Positions 34,386-44,647 of a stretch of DNA of 64,000 bases are shown piece by piece; position 1 is the stretch's first letter; every line of letters starts with the position of its first letter. Source of the stretch: an uncultured delta proteobacterium (GTDB lineage: Bacteria; Desulfobacterota; Desulfobaccia; Desulfobaccales; 0-14-0-80-60-11); NCBI GenBank assembly GCA_963768765.1, contig CAVYJK010000032.1, forward strand, positions 106,318 to 170,317. The letters run 5' to 3'. Below the pieces are notes generated by a model, which worked only from the letters and a program-made list of their open reading frames with translations, searched no databases and was not told where the DNA came from. A program made the position numbers and the translations under genes.

Positions 34386-35023
34386 TTGCTCAAAGTCGCC
34401 ATCACCGGGGGGGCGGGCTCGGGGAAGAGCACCGTGGCCCGCATGTTTAGGGAACTGGGGGCCCGGTGCTGGACGCCGACGAGGCGGCCCGGCAGGTGGT
34501 GGCGGCCGGGGCAACCCCGCCTGGCAGGAGTTGCGCCGGTTGTACGGCCCGGAATATTTCCGGGAGGACGGCGAACTCGACCGCGCCAAAGTAGCCCGGC
34601 GAGTCTTTGCCGACCCGGCCGAGCGCCGCCTGCTCAACGCCATCATCCACCCCCAGGTGGCCCGGGAAATCAAGAGCCGCCTGCCAGGACTTGGAGGCTC
34701 AAGGCGCACCCCTGGCCCTGGTGGAGGTGCCGCTCTTATTCGAGGCGGGCCTCACGGGGGCCTACGATAAGATAATCGTGGTTGACGTGGACGAAGCGGA
34801 CCAACTTAAGCGTCTTCGGGACCGGGACGGCCGGGAGGCGGAGGAGATCGCGGGGATTATTGAGGCCCAGCTGCCCCTGAAGGATAAAGTTTCCAGGGCC
34901 GATTATGTGGTGGACAACCGGGGAGACTTGAGCACTACCGTGATTCAGGTTAAAATGATCTGGAAAAAACTGCAAAAAATCATCTTGACAGCGGCAGCCA
35001 AAAAGGTTAGCGTCCCTAACTAA
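34386..35023 (+). pseudogene. coaE: dephospho-CoA kinase CoaE, broken by three indels as sequenced
   Basis: (M)LKVAITGGAGSGKSTVARMFRELGA / VLDADEAARQVVAAG / NPAWQELRRLYGPEYF..IIHPQVAREIKSRL / QDLEAQGAPLALVEVPLLFEAGL..VVDNRGDL lie in four successive frames. The shifts are near 34462-66, 34508-13 and 34682-85. Confidence 0.8.
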
Positions 35024-35266
35024 CCTACCTTAAGTTATCCCGGTACAGGCCCGATTAAGTTAAAAAAGTAAGGATACCCCGAACCATCTCCCTGGCTTGA
35101 GTTGAACTTGTCCGCGCCTCTCTTCCGAATCACGGCTGTTGGCCGCCACCGGCCAGGCAAGGAACCTTTGGCTTAAATGCGGTGATTTTACCGCTGCTCC
35201 ACGAAATCATCAAACTTAACCCTACCATCGGTATGGAATTTTCCCATGAGTGGTAAAGAGGAAATA

Positions 35267-36514
35267 ATGAACTTATCCGAACTGAAACACAAAAAGATCA
35301 ACGACCTGGCGACCCTGGCCCGGGACCTGAACGTGGAAGGCGCCGCGGGGATGCGCAAGCAGGAGCTCATCTTCGCCATCCTGCAGGCCCAGGTGGAGAA
35401 GAACGGGGTGATCTCCGGCGGCGGGGTTTTGGAGATCCTGCCCGACGGGTTCGGGTTCCTGCGGGCCCAGGACTACAACTACCTGCCCGGGCCCGATGAC
35501 ATTTACGTCTCCCCGTCCCAGATCCGGCGCTTCAACCTGCGCACCGGGGACACCATTTACGGCCAGATCCGCCCCCCCAAGGAGGGCGAGCGCTATTTCG
35601 CCCTGCTCAAGGTGGAGACGGTCAACTTCGAAGATCCCTCGGTGGCCCGGGACAAGATCCTGTTCGACAACCTGACGCCCCTTTATCCCGACCAGCGCCT
35701 GAAGCTGGAGACGGAGCCGGACAATTACTCCGCCCGCATCATGGACCTGATGACCCCCGTGGGCATGGGCCAGCGGGGCCTCATCGTGGCCGCCCCCAGA
35801 ACCGGCAAGACCATGCTCCTGCAAAACCTGGCCAACAGCATCGCCCAGAACCACCCGGAGGTGGTCCTCATCGTCCTGCTCATCGACGAGCGGCCCGAGG
35901 AAGTCACCGACATGGCGCGGTCGGTGGAAGCCGAAGTGGTGAGCTCCACCTTCGATGAGCCGGCCCAGCGCCACATCCAGGTGGCGGAAATGGTCCTGGA
36001 GAAGGCCAAGAGGTTGGTGGAGCACAAGCGGGAGGTGGTGATCCTGCTGGATTCCATCACCCGGCTGGCCCGGGCCTACAACACGGTGATCCCGGCCAGC
36101 GGCAAGATCCTCTCCGGCGGGCTGGACGCCAACGCCCTGCAAAGGCCCAAGCGCTTCTTCGGGGCGGCCCGCAACATCGAGGAGGGGGGGAGCCTCACCA
36201 TCATCGCCACCGCCCTCATCGACACCGGCAGCCGCATGGATGAGGTGATCTTCGAGGAATTCAAGGGCACCGGCAATATGGAAATTCACCTGGACCGGAA
36301 GCTCACCGAGAAGCGCATCTTCCCGTCCATCGACATCAACCGGTCCGGCACCCGGAAGGAAGAACTGCTGCTGCCGCCGGAGGACCTGAACCGCATCTGG
36401 ATCCTGCGCAAGCTGCTATCGCCGCTCAGTTCGGTGGACAGCATGGAATTTCTGTTGGAGAAGCTCAGGGGGACCCGCAACAACCAGGACTTCCTGGGGG
36501 CCATGAACCGCTAA
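35267..36514 (+). CDS. rho: transcription termination factor Rho
   Basis: [18 protein letters not shown].. (E. coli Rho starts MNLTELK). RNA-binding GFGFLR. Walker [22 protein letters not shown] before the ATG at 35267. Confidence 0.92.
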   Translation: MNLSELKHKKINDLATLARDLNVEGAAGMRKQELIFAILQAQVEKNGVISGGGVLEILPDGFGFLRAQDYNYLPGPDDIYVSPSQIRRFNLRTGDTIYGQIRPPKEGERYFALLKVETVNFEDPSVARDKILFDNLTPLYPDQRLKLETEPDNYSARIMDLMTPVGMGQRGLIVAAPRTGKTMLLQNLANSIAQNHPEVVLIVLLIDERPEEVTDMARSVEAEVVSSTFDEPAQRHIQVAEMVLEKAKRLVEHKREVVILLDSITRLARAYNTVIPASGKILSGGLDANALQRPKRFFGAARNIEEGGSLTIIATALIDTGSRMDEVIFEEFKGTGNMEIHLDRKLTEKRIFPSIDINRSGTRKEELLLPPEDLNRIWILRKLLSPLSSVDSMEFLLEKLRGTRNNQDFLGAMNR

Positions 36515-36532
36515 GGCCGGGGGCCTGCCGGT

Positions 36533-36745
36533 TCAAACCCAGGTATTATCCTTTTTGTTCCAGTTTTTCCGAATTTCTTCCTTGTCCTGCTTGGTGGCCC
36601 CGAAGGCCGACTCACAGACCGATTCCCACTTGGGCGGGTCGGAGCGGAAGTCCTTTGCCCGTCCCCAAATTTCTTGACAGCCACCCGCCGGGGCGTTAAT
36701 TTTAGCAAAAGCCTCGTTTCTAACAGATCTTTCCTGTAAGGCCAA
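36533..36745 (-). CDS. possible small hypothetical protein (about 70 aa)
   Basis: Open frame ..NEAFAKINAPAGGCQEIWGRAKDFRSDPPKWESVCESAFGATKQDKEEIRKNWNKKDNTWV, convergent with rho. Only a TTG start is available and there is no clear SD. Weak call. Confidence 0.25.
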   Translation of the reverse strand: MALQERSVRNEAFAKINAPAGGCQEIWGRAKDFRSDPPKWESVCESAFGATKQDKEEIRKNWNKKDNTWV

Positions 36746-36812
36746 TACCGGAGGCGCCGTAGGGGCGGGTTTAACCCCCCCTACAACCCTGACCGGCCAA
36801 AGAGGAGGCCCC

Positions 36813-37739
36813 ATGCAGATACCTGCCCTGCAAACCGTCACCATAGAAGTCCTGGTGGATAACTTCTTTGATGTCTTCGAACCCTCCCGGCCCGGCATCG
36901 TGGAGCGGGTGGTACCCGGCCGCCTGAAGAAGCCCCTGCTGGCGGCCCACGGGCTGGCTTACTTCATCACCCTGACCCGGAACGGCCAGCAGACCCGCAT
37001 CCTCATGGACGCGGCCAACTCGCCGCTCCCCCTGTTCAACAACCTGGAGGCCCTGGAGCACGAACTGGAGGAGATCGACGCGGTGGTCCTGAGCCACGGC
37101 CACCCGGACCACTACGGCGGCCTCTTCGAATTTTTGCGCAAGCGCTCCGGCGCCCCGTTGCCCATTTACCTGCACCAGGACATCTTCCTCCCCAAGGTGC
37201 TCATCACCCCCCGGGGCCGCATCGGCTGGAAGCTGGAGCTGGACCAACTGGTGGCCGCGGGCGTGAAACTCCACGAGAACCGGGGTCCCCAGTTGGTCCT
37301 GGACCAGGCCCTCCTCACCGGCACGGTGGAGGCCACCACCGCTTACGAAAAGCCGCTGCCCAACTTCAAGCGCAAGATTAAAGACCAGGAAGAACCGGAC
37401 CCCTTCAGCGACGAGCAGGCCCTGGTGGCCTATGTGGAGGGCCGGGGCCTGGTGGTGGTGGGGGGCTGCAGCCATCCCGGCATCGTCAACATGGTGAAAT
37501 ACGCCCAGAAACTCACCGGGGTGAATAAGGTGGCCCTGATTATCGGCGGCTTCCACCTCACCGCCGGGGGCGACGAGCTCATCCATAACACCATCGAAGG
37601 GCTAAAAGAACTCAACCCCGAGCTCATCATGGCCGGCCACTGCACCGGTTTCCGGGCCCTGACCAAACTGGCCGTCGCCTTCCCCGATAACTTCATGGTG
37701 AGTTGCGTGGGCACCAAGGTGATGGTGGTGGGCGGATGA
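36813..37739 (+). CDS. MBL-fold metallo-hydrolase
   Basis: VVLSHGHPDHYGG (HxHxDH motif), with ..GGCSHPGIVN.. and ..AGHCTG.. downstream. Confidence 0.8.
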   Translation: MQIPALQTVTIEVLVDNFFDVFEPSRPGIVERVVPGRLKKPLLAAHGLAYFITLTRNGQQTRILMDAANSPLPLFNNLEALEHELEEIDAVVLSHGHPDHYGGLFEFLRKRSGAPLPIYLHQDIFLPKVLITPRGRIGWKLELDQLVAAGVKLHENRGPQLVLDQALLTGTVEATTAYEKPLPNFKRKIKDQEEPDPFSDEQALVAYVEGRGLVVVGGCSHPGIVNMVKYAQKLTGVNKVALIIGGFHLTAGGDELIHNTIEGLKELNPELIMAGHCTGFRALTKLAVAFPDNFMVSCVGTKVMVVGG

Positions 37740-37746
37740 GTGATTG

Positions 37747-37817
37747 TGGGGGAGGGGGCTAAGGGCAAAAGGCCCTTACACCTACAAAAACTCTCCCAAT
37801 CCCGCACCCCCAACCCC
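37747..37817. repeat. C-type palindromic repeat copy
   Basis: GGGGGAGGGGGCTAAGGGCaaaaGGCCCTTACA..CTCTCCCAATCCCGCACCCCCAACCCC aligns with 756-828 and 9087-9157. Confidence 0.75.
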
Positions 37818-38401
37818 CGAGGTTTTATTTTGGCCTGGAAAGTGGGGCTGCAAGCCCCCGGCCCGGGTGGTGGCCGGCCCCATCATCCTGGCCCATCAGC
37901 CGGAGGTTGGAAGAGGCGCAGCTGCTCACCCCATTGAGGAAGGCCTGAGCCCGGAAAACTGGCAAAAAATATCCGCCAGCCGCGGCGGTAAGATCCTCCT
38001 CCTCGCCGGAGGGGACCTGATCTTAACAGAAGACCTGGAGCCTTGACCCAGCGGGGTTTAAATCAGCTCCCCGCTCCGCTCTATCCCCTCCCCTGTTTCT
38101 AGGCCCTGGTTATCCGTGCCCCAAAAAGTTGCATGTCCCTGGATGGATTCTTCCTTAATAGATTGAATCAAGAGAGTATCTAATGTAATGTAGGTGCCCA
38201 ACCGATGGTTTAAACTGAAGACCTTAAAGCTATGAGGAGGTAAAAACCCCGGCCCCCAGGGCAGATGCGCCAATCCCCTCGGGCACCAAGGAGGCGAAAA
38301 GAGATTAAGGAATGCAGCAAAGGACGTTAATGAAGTAAATTATCAGGAGGCTATTGACGGCCTCCTGCAGTAGGACCCCAACTATTTGGAGGAGCGACTA
38401 G

Positions 38402-40270
38402 ATGAAATCAAAAAAGCGACATCTTGGGTTCATAGCCGTCTTATGCCTAGCGGCTGCTCTGGTGCTGGTTCCCGGGTTTACCCGGCAGGCCCAGGCCGCC
38501 TCGGAAGATGTGGCCATGTTCTATGACGACCTGGGCCAGTTAGGCCAATGGTTCGAATATGAGAACTACGGCCCGGTGTGGCACCCCAGCAACGTGGACG
38601 AAAATTGGCGACCCTACACCAACGGGCGCTGGGTACCTACCAACGACGGTTATGTTTTTGAGTCCGAGGAACCCTGGGGGTGGGCCACCTACCACTACGG
38701 CAACTGGATGCCCACCGAGGGGTACGGCTGGGTCTGGGTGCCAGGGGCCACCTGGTATCCCTCCACGGTGGAGTGGCGGACCAGTCCTGAAGAAGCCCCG
38801 GTGGATACTTCTTACGTCGGTTGGGCTCCCATTCCGCCGCCCAACTACGCGCCGCCGCCGTCGTATGCACCGGTGGGGTACGCCCCGGGGGCACCGATGG
38901 GGTACGGCCCGGGGGCACCGGGGGCGAACCTCATCACCGAGCCGTTCTGGATCTTTGCCCAGGCCGCCAGCTTCTTGTTGGGCCTGGGGCAGCCCTATAC
39001 TCCTCAATATTCTTATGGAGGCTGCGGTTGTCTGGCCCCGCCGACCTATGTGCCGACGTTTTTCCCCCAGACAGTCATCGTGCCCATTTATATGACCCCC
39101 ACCTATTACCCGGCGGGCTTTCTCGGCGGCGGCGTCATCGGGGCTTATGCCTGGGGGCCTCCGACCGGATACATCTCCCGGGTCACCAACATCAACCAGA
39201 CAGTGATCAACAATACCATCATCAACAACTCCGCCCACATCACCAATATTCACAACGTCCGGCCGCCCCAACATATTTATGACCGGAACCGTCACCTCAG
39301 GGATATCATGCCGCCGGACCTGGTCAGGGGAACTCGCTTGCCGCCGCCCCACCCCGTCAGCGACATCAGGACAGCCCAGGCCAACCTGGGCAAGCCCAAC
39401 GTCGTGCGGACGCCCAAGGGTGTGGGGCCGGTCAATGCCAATATCCCCAAAGTCCAGCCCGTGTCGCATACACCAGGCAAGGGCATTCCAGGGGCGGGGT
39501 TGCCACAGGGTGCCACCCAGAAGCTGACGCCGCAGATGGAGAGTAAGATCAAGCAAGTGCCCCCCAACCGGCAGATTACGCCGACCAAGGCCATCAAGCC
39601 GACCCTGACCACGGGAGGGGCCCAACCCGGAGTTACCGGCAGAACTGGGCAGGTGCAACCTGGGGTCACGGGCAGACCCGGACAGTTCCAGCCCGGGGTT
39701 ACCGGCAGGACTGTGCAGCCCGGCGTCACCGGTAGGACAGGGCAGGTGCAACCTGGGGTCACGGGCAGACCCGGACAGTTCCAGCCCGGGGTTACCGGCA
39801 GGACCGTGCAGCCCGGGGTCACCGGCAGGACAGGACAGGTGCAGCCTGGAGTTACGGGCAGGACCGTACCGTACGGGGCCACTGGCAGGACCGTGCAGCC
39901 CGGCGGTACCGGCAGGACTGTGCAGCCCGGGGTCACCGGCAGGACAGGGCAGGTGCAGCCTGGAGTTACGGGCAGGACCGTACCGTACGGGGCCACCGGC
40001 AGGACCGTACAGCCCGGCGGCACCGGCAGGACCGTGCAGCCCGGCGGCACCGGCAGGACTGTGCAGCCTGGGGTCACCGGCAGGACCGTACAGCCCGGCG
40101 GCACCGGCAGAACCGTGCAACCCGGGGTCACTGGCAGGACCAGAGCACCTGCCGCCACCGGCAAGGCCGTAAGCCCGGTGGCGCCAGCGCCTAAGCGGGG
40201 CCAGACGTCGGCTCCCCAGCCGCAGTCGAAAAAGCAGCCGGAAAAGAAAAAGCCACCGGAACAGCATTAG
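38402..40270 (+). CDS. secreted W/Y/P-rich protein with a C-terminal QPGVTGRT tandem-repeat region
   Basis: Signal peptide MKSKKRHLGFIAVLCLAAALVLVPGFTRQAQA. W-rich N-domain (WGWATYHYGNW, YGWVWVPGATW) reminiscent of YXWGXW-repeat proteins. About 55 aa of P/Y-rich linker. About 170 aa of 9/11-aa repeats. K/P-rich tail. Confidence 0.75.
   Translation: MKSKKRHLGFIAVLCLAAALVLVPGFTRQAQAASEDVAMFYDDLGQLGQWFEYENYGPVWHPSNVDENWRPYTNGRWVPTNDGYVFESEEPWGWATYHYGNWMPTEGYGWVWVPGATWYPSTVEWRTSPEEAPVDTSYVGWAPIPPPNYAPPPSYAPVGYAPGAPMGYGPGAPGANLITEPFWIFAQAASFLLGLGQPYTPQYSYGGCGCLAPPTYVPTFFPQTVIVPIYMTPTYYPAGFLGGGVIGAYAWGPPTGYISRVTNINQTVINNTIINNSAHITNIHNVRPPQHIYDRNRHLRDIMPPDLVRGTRLPPPHPVSDIRTAQANLGKPNVVRTPKGVGPVNANIPKVQPVSHTPGKGIPGAGLPQGATQKLTPQMESKIKQVPPNRQITPTKAIKPTLTTGGAQPGVTGRTGQVQPGVTGRPGQFQPGVTGRTVQPGVTGRTGQVQPGVTGRPGQFQPGVTGRTVQPGVTGRTGQVQPGVTGRTVPYGATGRTVQPGGTGRTVQPGVTGRTGQVQPGVTGRTVPYGATGRTVQPGGTGRTVQPGGTGRTVQPGVTGRTVQPGGTGRTVQPGVTGRTRAPAATGKAVSPVAPAPKRGQTSAPQPQSKKQPEKKKPPEQH
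39622..40143 (+). repeat. in-frame nested tandem repeat (27- and 33-nt units; higher-order 93-nt and 114-nt units)
   Basis: Units QPGVTGRTV / QPGVTGRTGQV / QPGVTGRPGQF. 39650-39742 is nearly identical to 39743-39835. 39836-39949 is nearly identical to 39950-40063. Confidence 0.9.
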
Positions 40271-40300
40271 GGCCTTTTCTAAGTCTGAGTCTCCTCACCC

Positions 40301-40343
40301 CCCCGGGCTTCCGCCCTCCGGCGGAGGCCCGGGGTTTCCTTTG
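40301..40343 (+). terminator. candidate intrinsic terminator after the repeat-protein gene
   Basis: CCCCGGGCTTCCGCC-ctcc-GGCGGAGGCCCGGGG followed by TTTCCTTTG. Confidence 0.55.
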
Positions 40344-40349
40344 TCCGGG

Positions 40350-40378
40350 TTGAGGACCGGAACCCGACGTGGTATAAT
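40350..40378 (+). promoter_or_regulatory. candidate eno promoter (extended -10)
   Basis: TTGAGG (40350-55), a 17-nt spacer, then TGgTATAAT (40370-78). Confidence 0.55.
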
Positions 40379-40410
40379 GGGTTTTACTTGAAGAGCCGCA
40401 GTCATCTTAA

Positions 40411-41712
<1,302 letters not shown>

Positions 41713-41754
41713 TTTTGGGGGGACCACCACAAGCTGGCTCCACCCTGGTTTTTT

Positions 41755-41823
41755 GTCATCCTGAGCGAACTGCAGGGTCTCCACCGGATAGAAAAACGAG
41801 AGCCTTCGCTTCGCTCAGAATGA
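41755..41823. repeat. long-loop inverted repeat GTCATCCTGAGCGAA / TTCGCTCAGAATGAC
   Basis: 15-nt arms (1 mismatch) at 41755-41769 and 41809-41823. A related GTCACCCTGCGG..AAGAATGAC element lies at 42750-42842. Confidence 0.8.
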
Positions 41824-42018
41824 CATTGCGCGGCAAAGCCGGGTTTTTAAACAACCTGTAATATCCGAGCCCATTGTTCAAACTATATTTAACAAAGATA
41901 TAACTTCTTTTACTTACGCCGACTAATGTTACAGTTTTTTATTTTTGACATATTTTATCGTTGATGTTATTCTGCCGACTAAATTGAAGCGGTTAAGCCG
42001 GCATCAAAGGGGGAGATT

Positions 42019-42603
42019 ATGGTGCGGCGAGTTTGCGGCAGGGGCTTGGCGGCAGTGCTGCTGGCGGCGCTGGTCTGGGGGCTGCCGGTCATGGCCGGGG
42101 CGGCGGAATTTGACCTGAGCCACTTCAACCAGGAATTGGGGCTGCGCTTCGCGTACGGCAAGAATACGCACGGCGCCACCGTTCATCTTTACAGTTTGCT
42201 GCCCCGCTGGGGCATTTTTTTCTTGAAGCCCGGCAAGCAGTTGGGGCCCTTTGGGGCTTCCTTTGTGCTGGAGGGCATCGTCAGCGTGGCCGGCGCCGAA
42301 CAGACCGGCTTTGAACTGGGCTTCACCCCCATGTTAAAGCTCAGCTGCCTCCTGTTTCCCGGGGTCCTGGCCTATGTGGAAGGGGGCGCGGGGATGATCA
42401 CCGAAAGCATCGACAGTCCCGCCCTGGCCCATGCCTTCAACTTTACGCCCCAGGCGGGGGGCGGCTTCGACATCGCCCTGACCCAGCAACTGGCCTTCTC
42501 TGTGGCCTACCGGTTCCGCCACTCATCCAACGCCGGGATCTATAAGGAAAACCCGGCCTTTAACGTCAATTTTTTCCAAGGCGGCCTGGCTTATTACTAT
42601 TGA
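42019..42603 (+). CDS. PagL-like lipid A deacylase / acyloxyacyl hydrolase outer-membrane protein
   Basis: Signal peptide ..LPVMAGAAEF, beta-barrel-like alternating pattern, RFRHSSNAG (H-x-S-N catalytic motif) and a C-terminal aromatic ..GGLAYYY. Confidence 0.65.
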   Translation: MVRRVCGRGLAAVLLAALVWGLPVMAGAAEFDLSHFNQELGLRFAYGKNTHGATVHLYSLLPRWGIFFLKPGKQLGPFGASFVLEGIVSVAGAEQTGFELGFTPMLKLSCLLFPGVLAYVEGGAGMITESIDSPALAHAFNFTPQAGGGFDIALTQQLAFSVAYRFRHSSNAGIYKENPAFNVNFFQGGLAYYY

Positions 42604-42749
42604 TGCTGGTCAGCCGATTTACCGCCCGCAAGGATCCCCGGCCGCCAGCCGGGGGTCCTTATAACTGCCGGCCGCGCCACCATGCCGGGAGCCTTTCCCT
42701 TTAGCCCCGGTTTACCTGCACCACTAACCAACCCAATAATCGCAAGATG

Positions 42750-42842
42750 TTTCAAAACCGGTTCATCCTGTCACCCTGCGGGCAGCGAAGGGTCCGGATG
42801 CTTCGGCTAAGAATGACCTTCTCTGCGGCCGGAGGTTTTGAA
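42750..42842. repeat. 93-nt hairpin element downstream of the pagL-like gene
   Basis: Outer arms TTTCAAAACCGG / CCGGAGGTTTTGAAA enclose GTCACCCTGCGGGCAGCGAAGGGTC..CTAAGAATGAC. Confidence 0.75.
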
Positions 42843-43059
42843 ATAGCTTGTAGAGAAATTTTTCCCTGCAAAGTTCCTCCTATTACTGCGCTCACATTTA
42901 AACAGAAATAACGTTAGGTACTTTTACCTAGGGTAAAATAGGTAATTATGCCAATTGCTTTCTGATCGCTATGGTATTTATTTGATAACCATATTGTATT
43001 TGATGGATTCTGATTGGGTTATTGTGGAAAACGGGGAAACCTGGGAAAGGAGCTATCAA

Positions 43060-43239
43060 ATGTCGATGGTGATTTTCTTCGGAGGATTGGTCATGGGCTT
43101 TCTCATGGGGTGGGTGGCCATGGTGCTGCTCACCATGGCCACCGAAAGGAACCAGCAGGCCCAGTTGGCGGAAGGCCTCATTTTCTGCCAAATAAGCCCC
43201 GGTCAAGATCGAGACCGGGTAGGACATCTGGGCGAATGA
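43060..43239 (+). CDS. 59-aa small membrane protein (hypothetical)
   Basis: AGGAG lies 7 nt before the ATG at 43060. MSMVIFFGGLVMGFLMGWVAMVLLTMATERNQQ... The longer listed ORF (42955) lacks an RBS. Confidence 0.4.
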   Translation: MSMVIFFGGLVMGFLMGWVAMVLLTMATERNQQAQLAEGLIFCQISPGQDRDRVGHLGE

Positions 43240-43441
43240 TGCCGTAAAGACCTGGGAAATTCCGGCACGAAGCCTCAGGCCGCCTCCCGTTGGGGTGGGC
43301 TAACGGATGACCATGGGCTGGCGAGGCGTTTCCGGCCAGTCAAACCTCCTGCATCCTTGCATCTGTGACCCTACCGCCAGGCCTCGTTAAACTCACATCT
43401 TCGCAAGACTTTGAAAAAATCACATTCTTTGGTTTCGGGCC

Positions 43442-43470
43442 TTGACATATCAGTAATAATTATTAACTAA
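43442..43470 (+). promoter_or_regulatory. candidate promoter with a Fur/PerR-box-like perfect palindrome
   Basis: TTGACA at 43442-47. The 12-bp perfect palindrome TAATAATTATTA at 43454-65 overlaps the -10 region, directly upstream of the Fur-family gene. Confidence 0.55.
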
Positions 43471-43480
43471 TAATCACAAT

Positions 43481-43909
43481 ATGGAAAACTTAATCCAAAG
43501 ATTGCGGCACCATCGGATTGCCGTTACCCCCCAGCGGCTGGCGGTGCTGACCATCCTGGAGGATCGCCGGGACCACCCCAGTGCGGAAAAGATTTACCGG
43601 GAGGTGCGGCGCCAACTCCCGGCCATTTCCTTCAACACCGTGTATAAGACCCTGGAGGTCTTTTGTGAGAAGGGCCTGGCCCTCAAGGTGAACCCGCTCC
43701 ACGAGGTGGCCCGCTACGATGGGGAGACCTCCCGTCATGCCCATCTCGTCTGCCGCTGGTGCCACCATATTATCGACCTGCCCTGGGAGCCTGCCGAGGC
43801 CATTCCCTTGCCTGCCGCGGATTTGCAGGGTTTCCGGGTGGAACAGCAATCCCTGACCCTCTGGGGCCTTTGTCCCCAGTGTCACAGCCAAGAAAAGAAG
43901 GAGCAATAA
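43481..43909 (+). CDS. Fur-family transcriptional regulator (PerR-like by context)
   Basis: [43 protein letters not shown]. Heads a peroxide-stress operon. Confidence 0.8.
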   Translation: MENLIQRLRHHRIAVTPQRLAVLTILEDRRDHPSAEKIYREVRRQLPAISFNTVYKTLEVFCEKGLALKVNPLHEVARYDGETSRHAHLVCRWCHHIIDLPWEPAEAIPLPAADLQGFRVEQQSLTLWGLCPQCHSQEKKEQ

Positions 43910-43910
43910 G

Positions 43911-44039
43911 ATGGCGACGGAAGTTGGACAGGTGTACCGCTGCAAGATTTGCGGCAACCAAGTCAAGGTGTTGGAAGCCGGGGGCGGCGCCCTGGTCTGT
44001 TGCGGCGTGCCCATGAAACTGGAATCAGGCGACAAATAA
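43911..44039 (+). CDS. desulforedoxin (42 aa)
   Basis: Not in the ORF track. [42 protein letters not shown] has the Dx motif C-x2-C..CC. AAGGAG RBS upstream. Confidence 0.8.
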   Translation: MATEVGQVYRCKICGNQVKVLEAGGGALVCCGVPMKLESGDK

Positions 44040-44055
44040 GCGGAGGTAAGACTAC

Positions 44056-44550
44056 ATGGAAAAGAGCGTGCAGAATCTGAAAGAGGCCTTTGCCGGAGAA
44101 TCTCAAGCTAACCGCAAGTACCTGGCCTTCGCGGAAAAGGCCGACCGTGAGGGTTACCCTCAGGTGGCCCGGCTCTTCCGGGCCGCGGCCGAAGCTGAAA
44201 CCGTCCATGCCCTGAACCACCTCAGGGCCTTGAAAGCCATTTGGTCCACTGCGGAAAACCTGAAAGAAGCCATCGCCGGCGAAGTGGCGGAGTTCCAGAA
44301 GATGTACCCGGCCATGATCGCCGCGGCCCAGGCCGAAGGCCACAAAGAGGCCGAGCGCACCTTCAATTTCGCCAACGAAGTGGAGAAGGTCCACGCCCAG
44401 CTCTTTCAAAAGGCCCTGAAGACCATGGATAAAAAGGAGCTGGTGGAGATCTTCATCTGCTCCGTCTGCGGCTACACCGTGGAAGGGGAGCCGCCGGACA
44501 AGTGCCCGGTCTGCAACGCGGTGAAGAAGTTATTCAAGCGCATTGATTAA
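44056..44550 (+). CDS. rbr: rubrerythrin
   Basis: Ferritin-like diiron motifs (EAFAGESQANRKY, ETVHA, EVEKVHA) plus a C-terminal rubredoxin-like CSVCGY..CPVCNA. Confidence 0.9.
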   Translation: MEKSVQNLKEAFAGESQANRKYLAFAEKADREGYPQVARLFRAAAEAETVHALNHLRALKAIWSTAENLKEAIAGEVAEFQKMYPAMIAAAQAEGHKEAERTFNFANEVEKVHAQLFQKALKTMDKKELVEIFICSVCGYTVEGEPPDKCPVCNAVKKLFKRID

Positions 44551-44647
44551 ATCTGCTTAAAAATTTCTCTAACCGGCGGGTCTTGGGTTTCGGGTCCATG
44601 AGATTGCCCTTGCGGACTCGAAACTCAAGATCCTGGAGGAGCCCGCG

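Noticed and set aside
37744-38046. 100-aa ORF ending ..WQKISASRGGKILLLAGGDLILTEDLEP, considered as a gene remnant
   Set aside because: Its N-terminal part is repeat-derived. There is no RBS, no recognisable family and no support beyond an open frame. It could be a relic, but this cannot be supported.
38280-38400. Short upstream ORF (MQQRTLMK) and the hairpin CAGGAGGC..GCCTCCTG before the repeat-protein gene, considered as a leader peptide or attenuator
   Set aside because: The RBS spacing is poor. Eight codons without conservation data are not evidence.
39622-40143. Tandem repeat array considered as a CRISPR or minisatellite non-coding array
   Set aside because: There are no unique spacers. 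The units are multiples of 3 nt, in frame within a signal-peptide-bearing ORF. The antisense ORFs 38540..40267 and 39292..40164 are by-products of the repeat.
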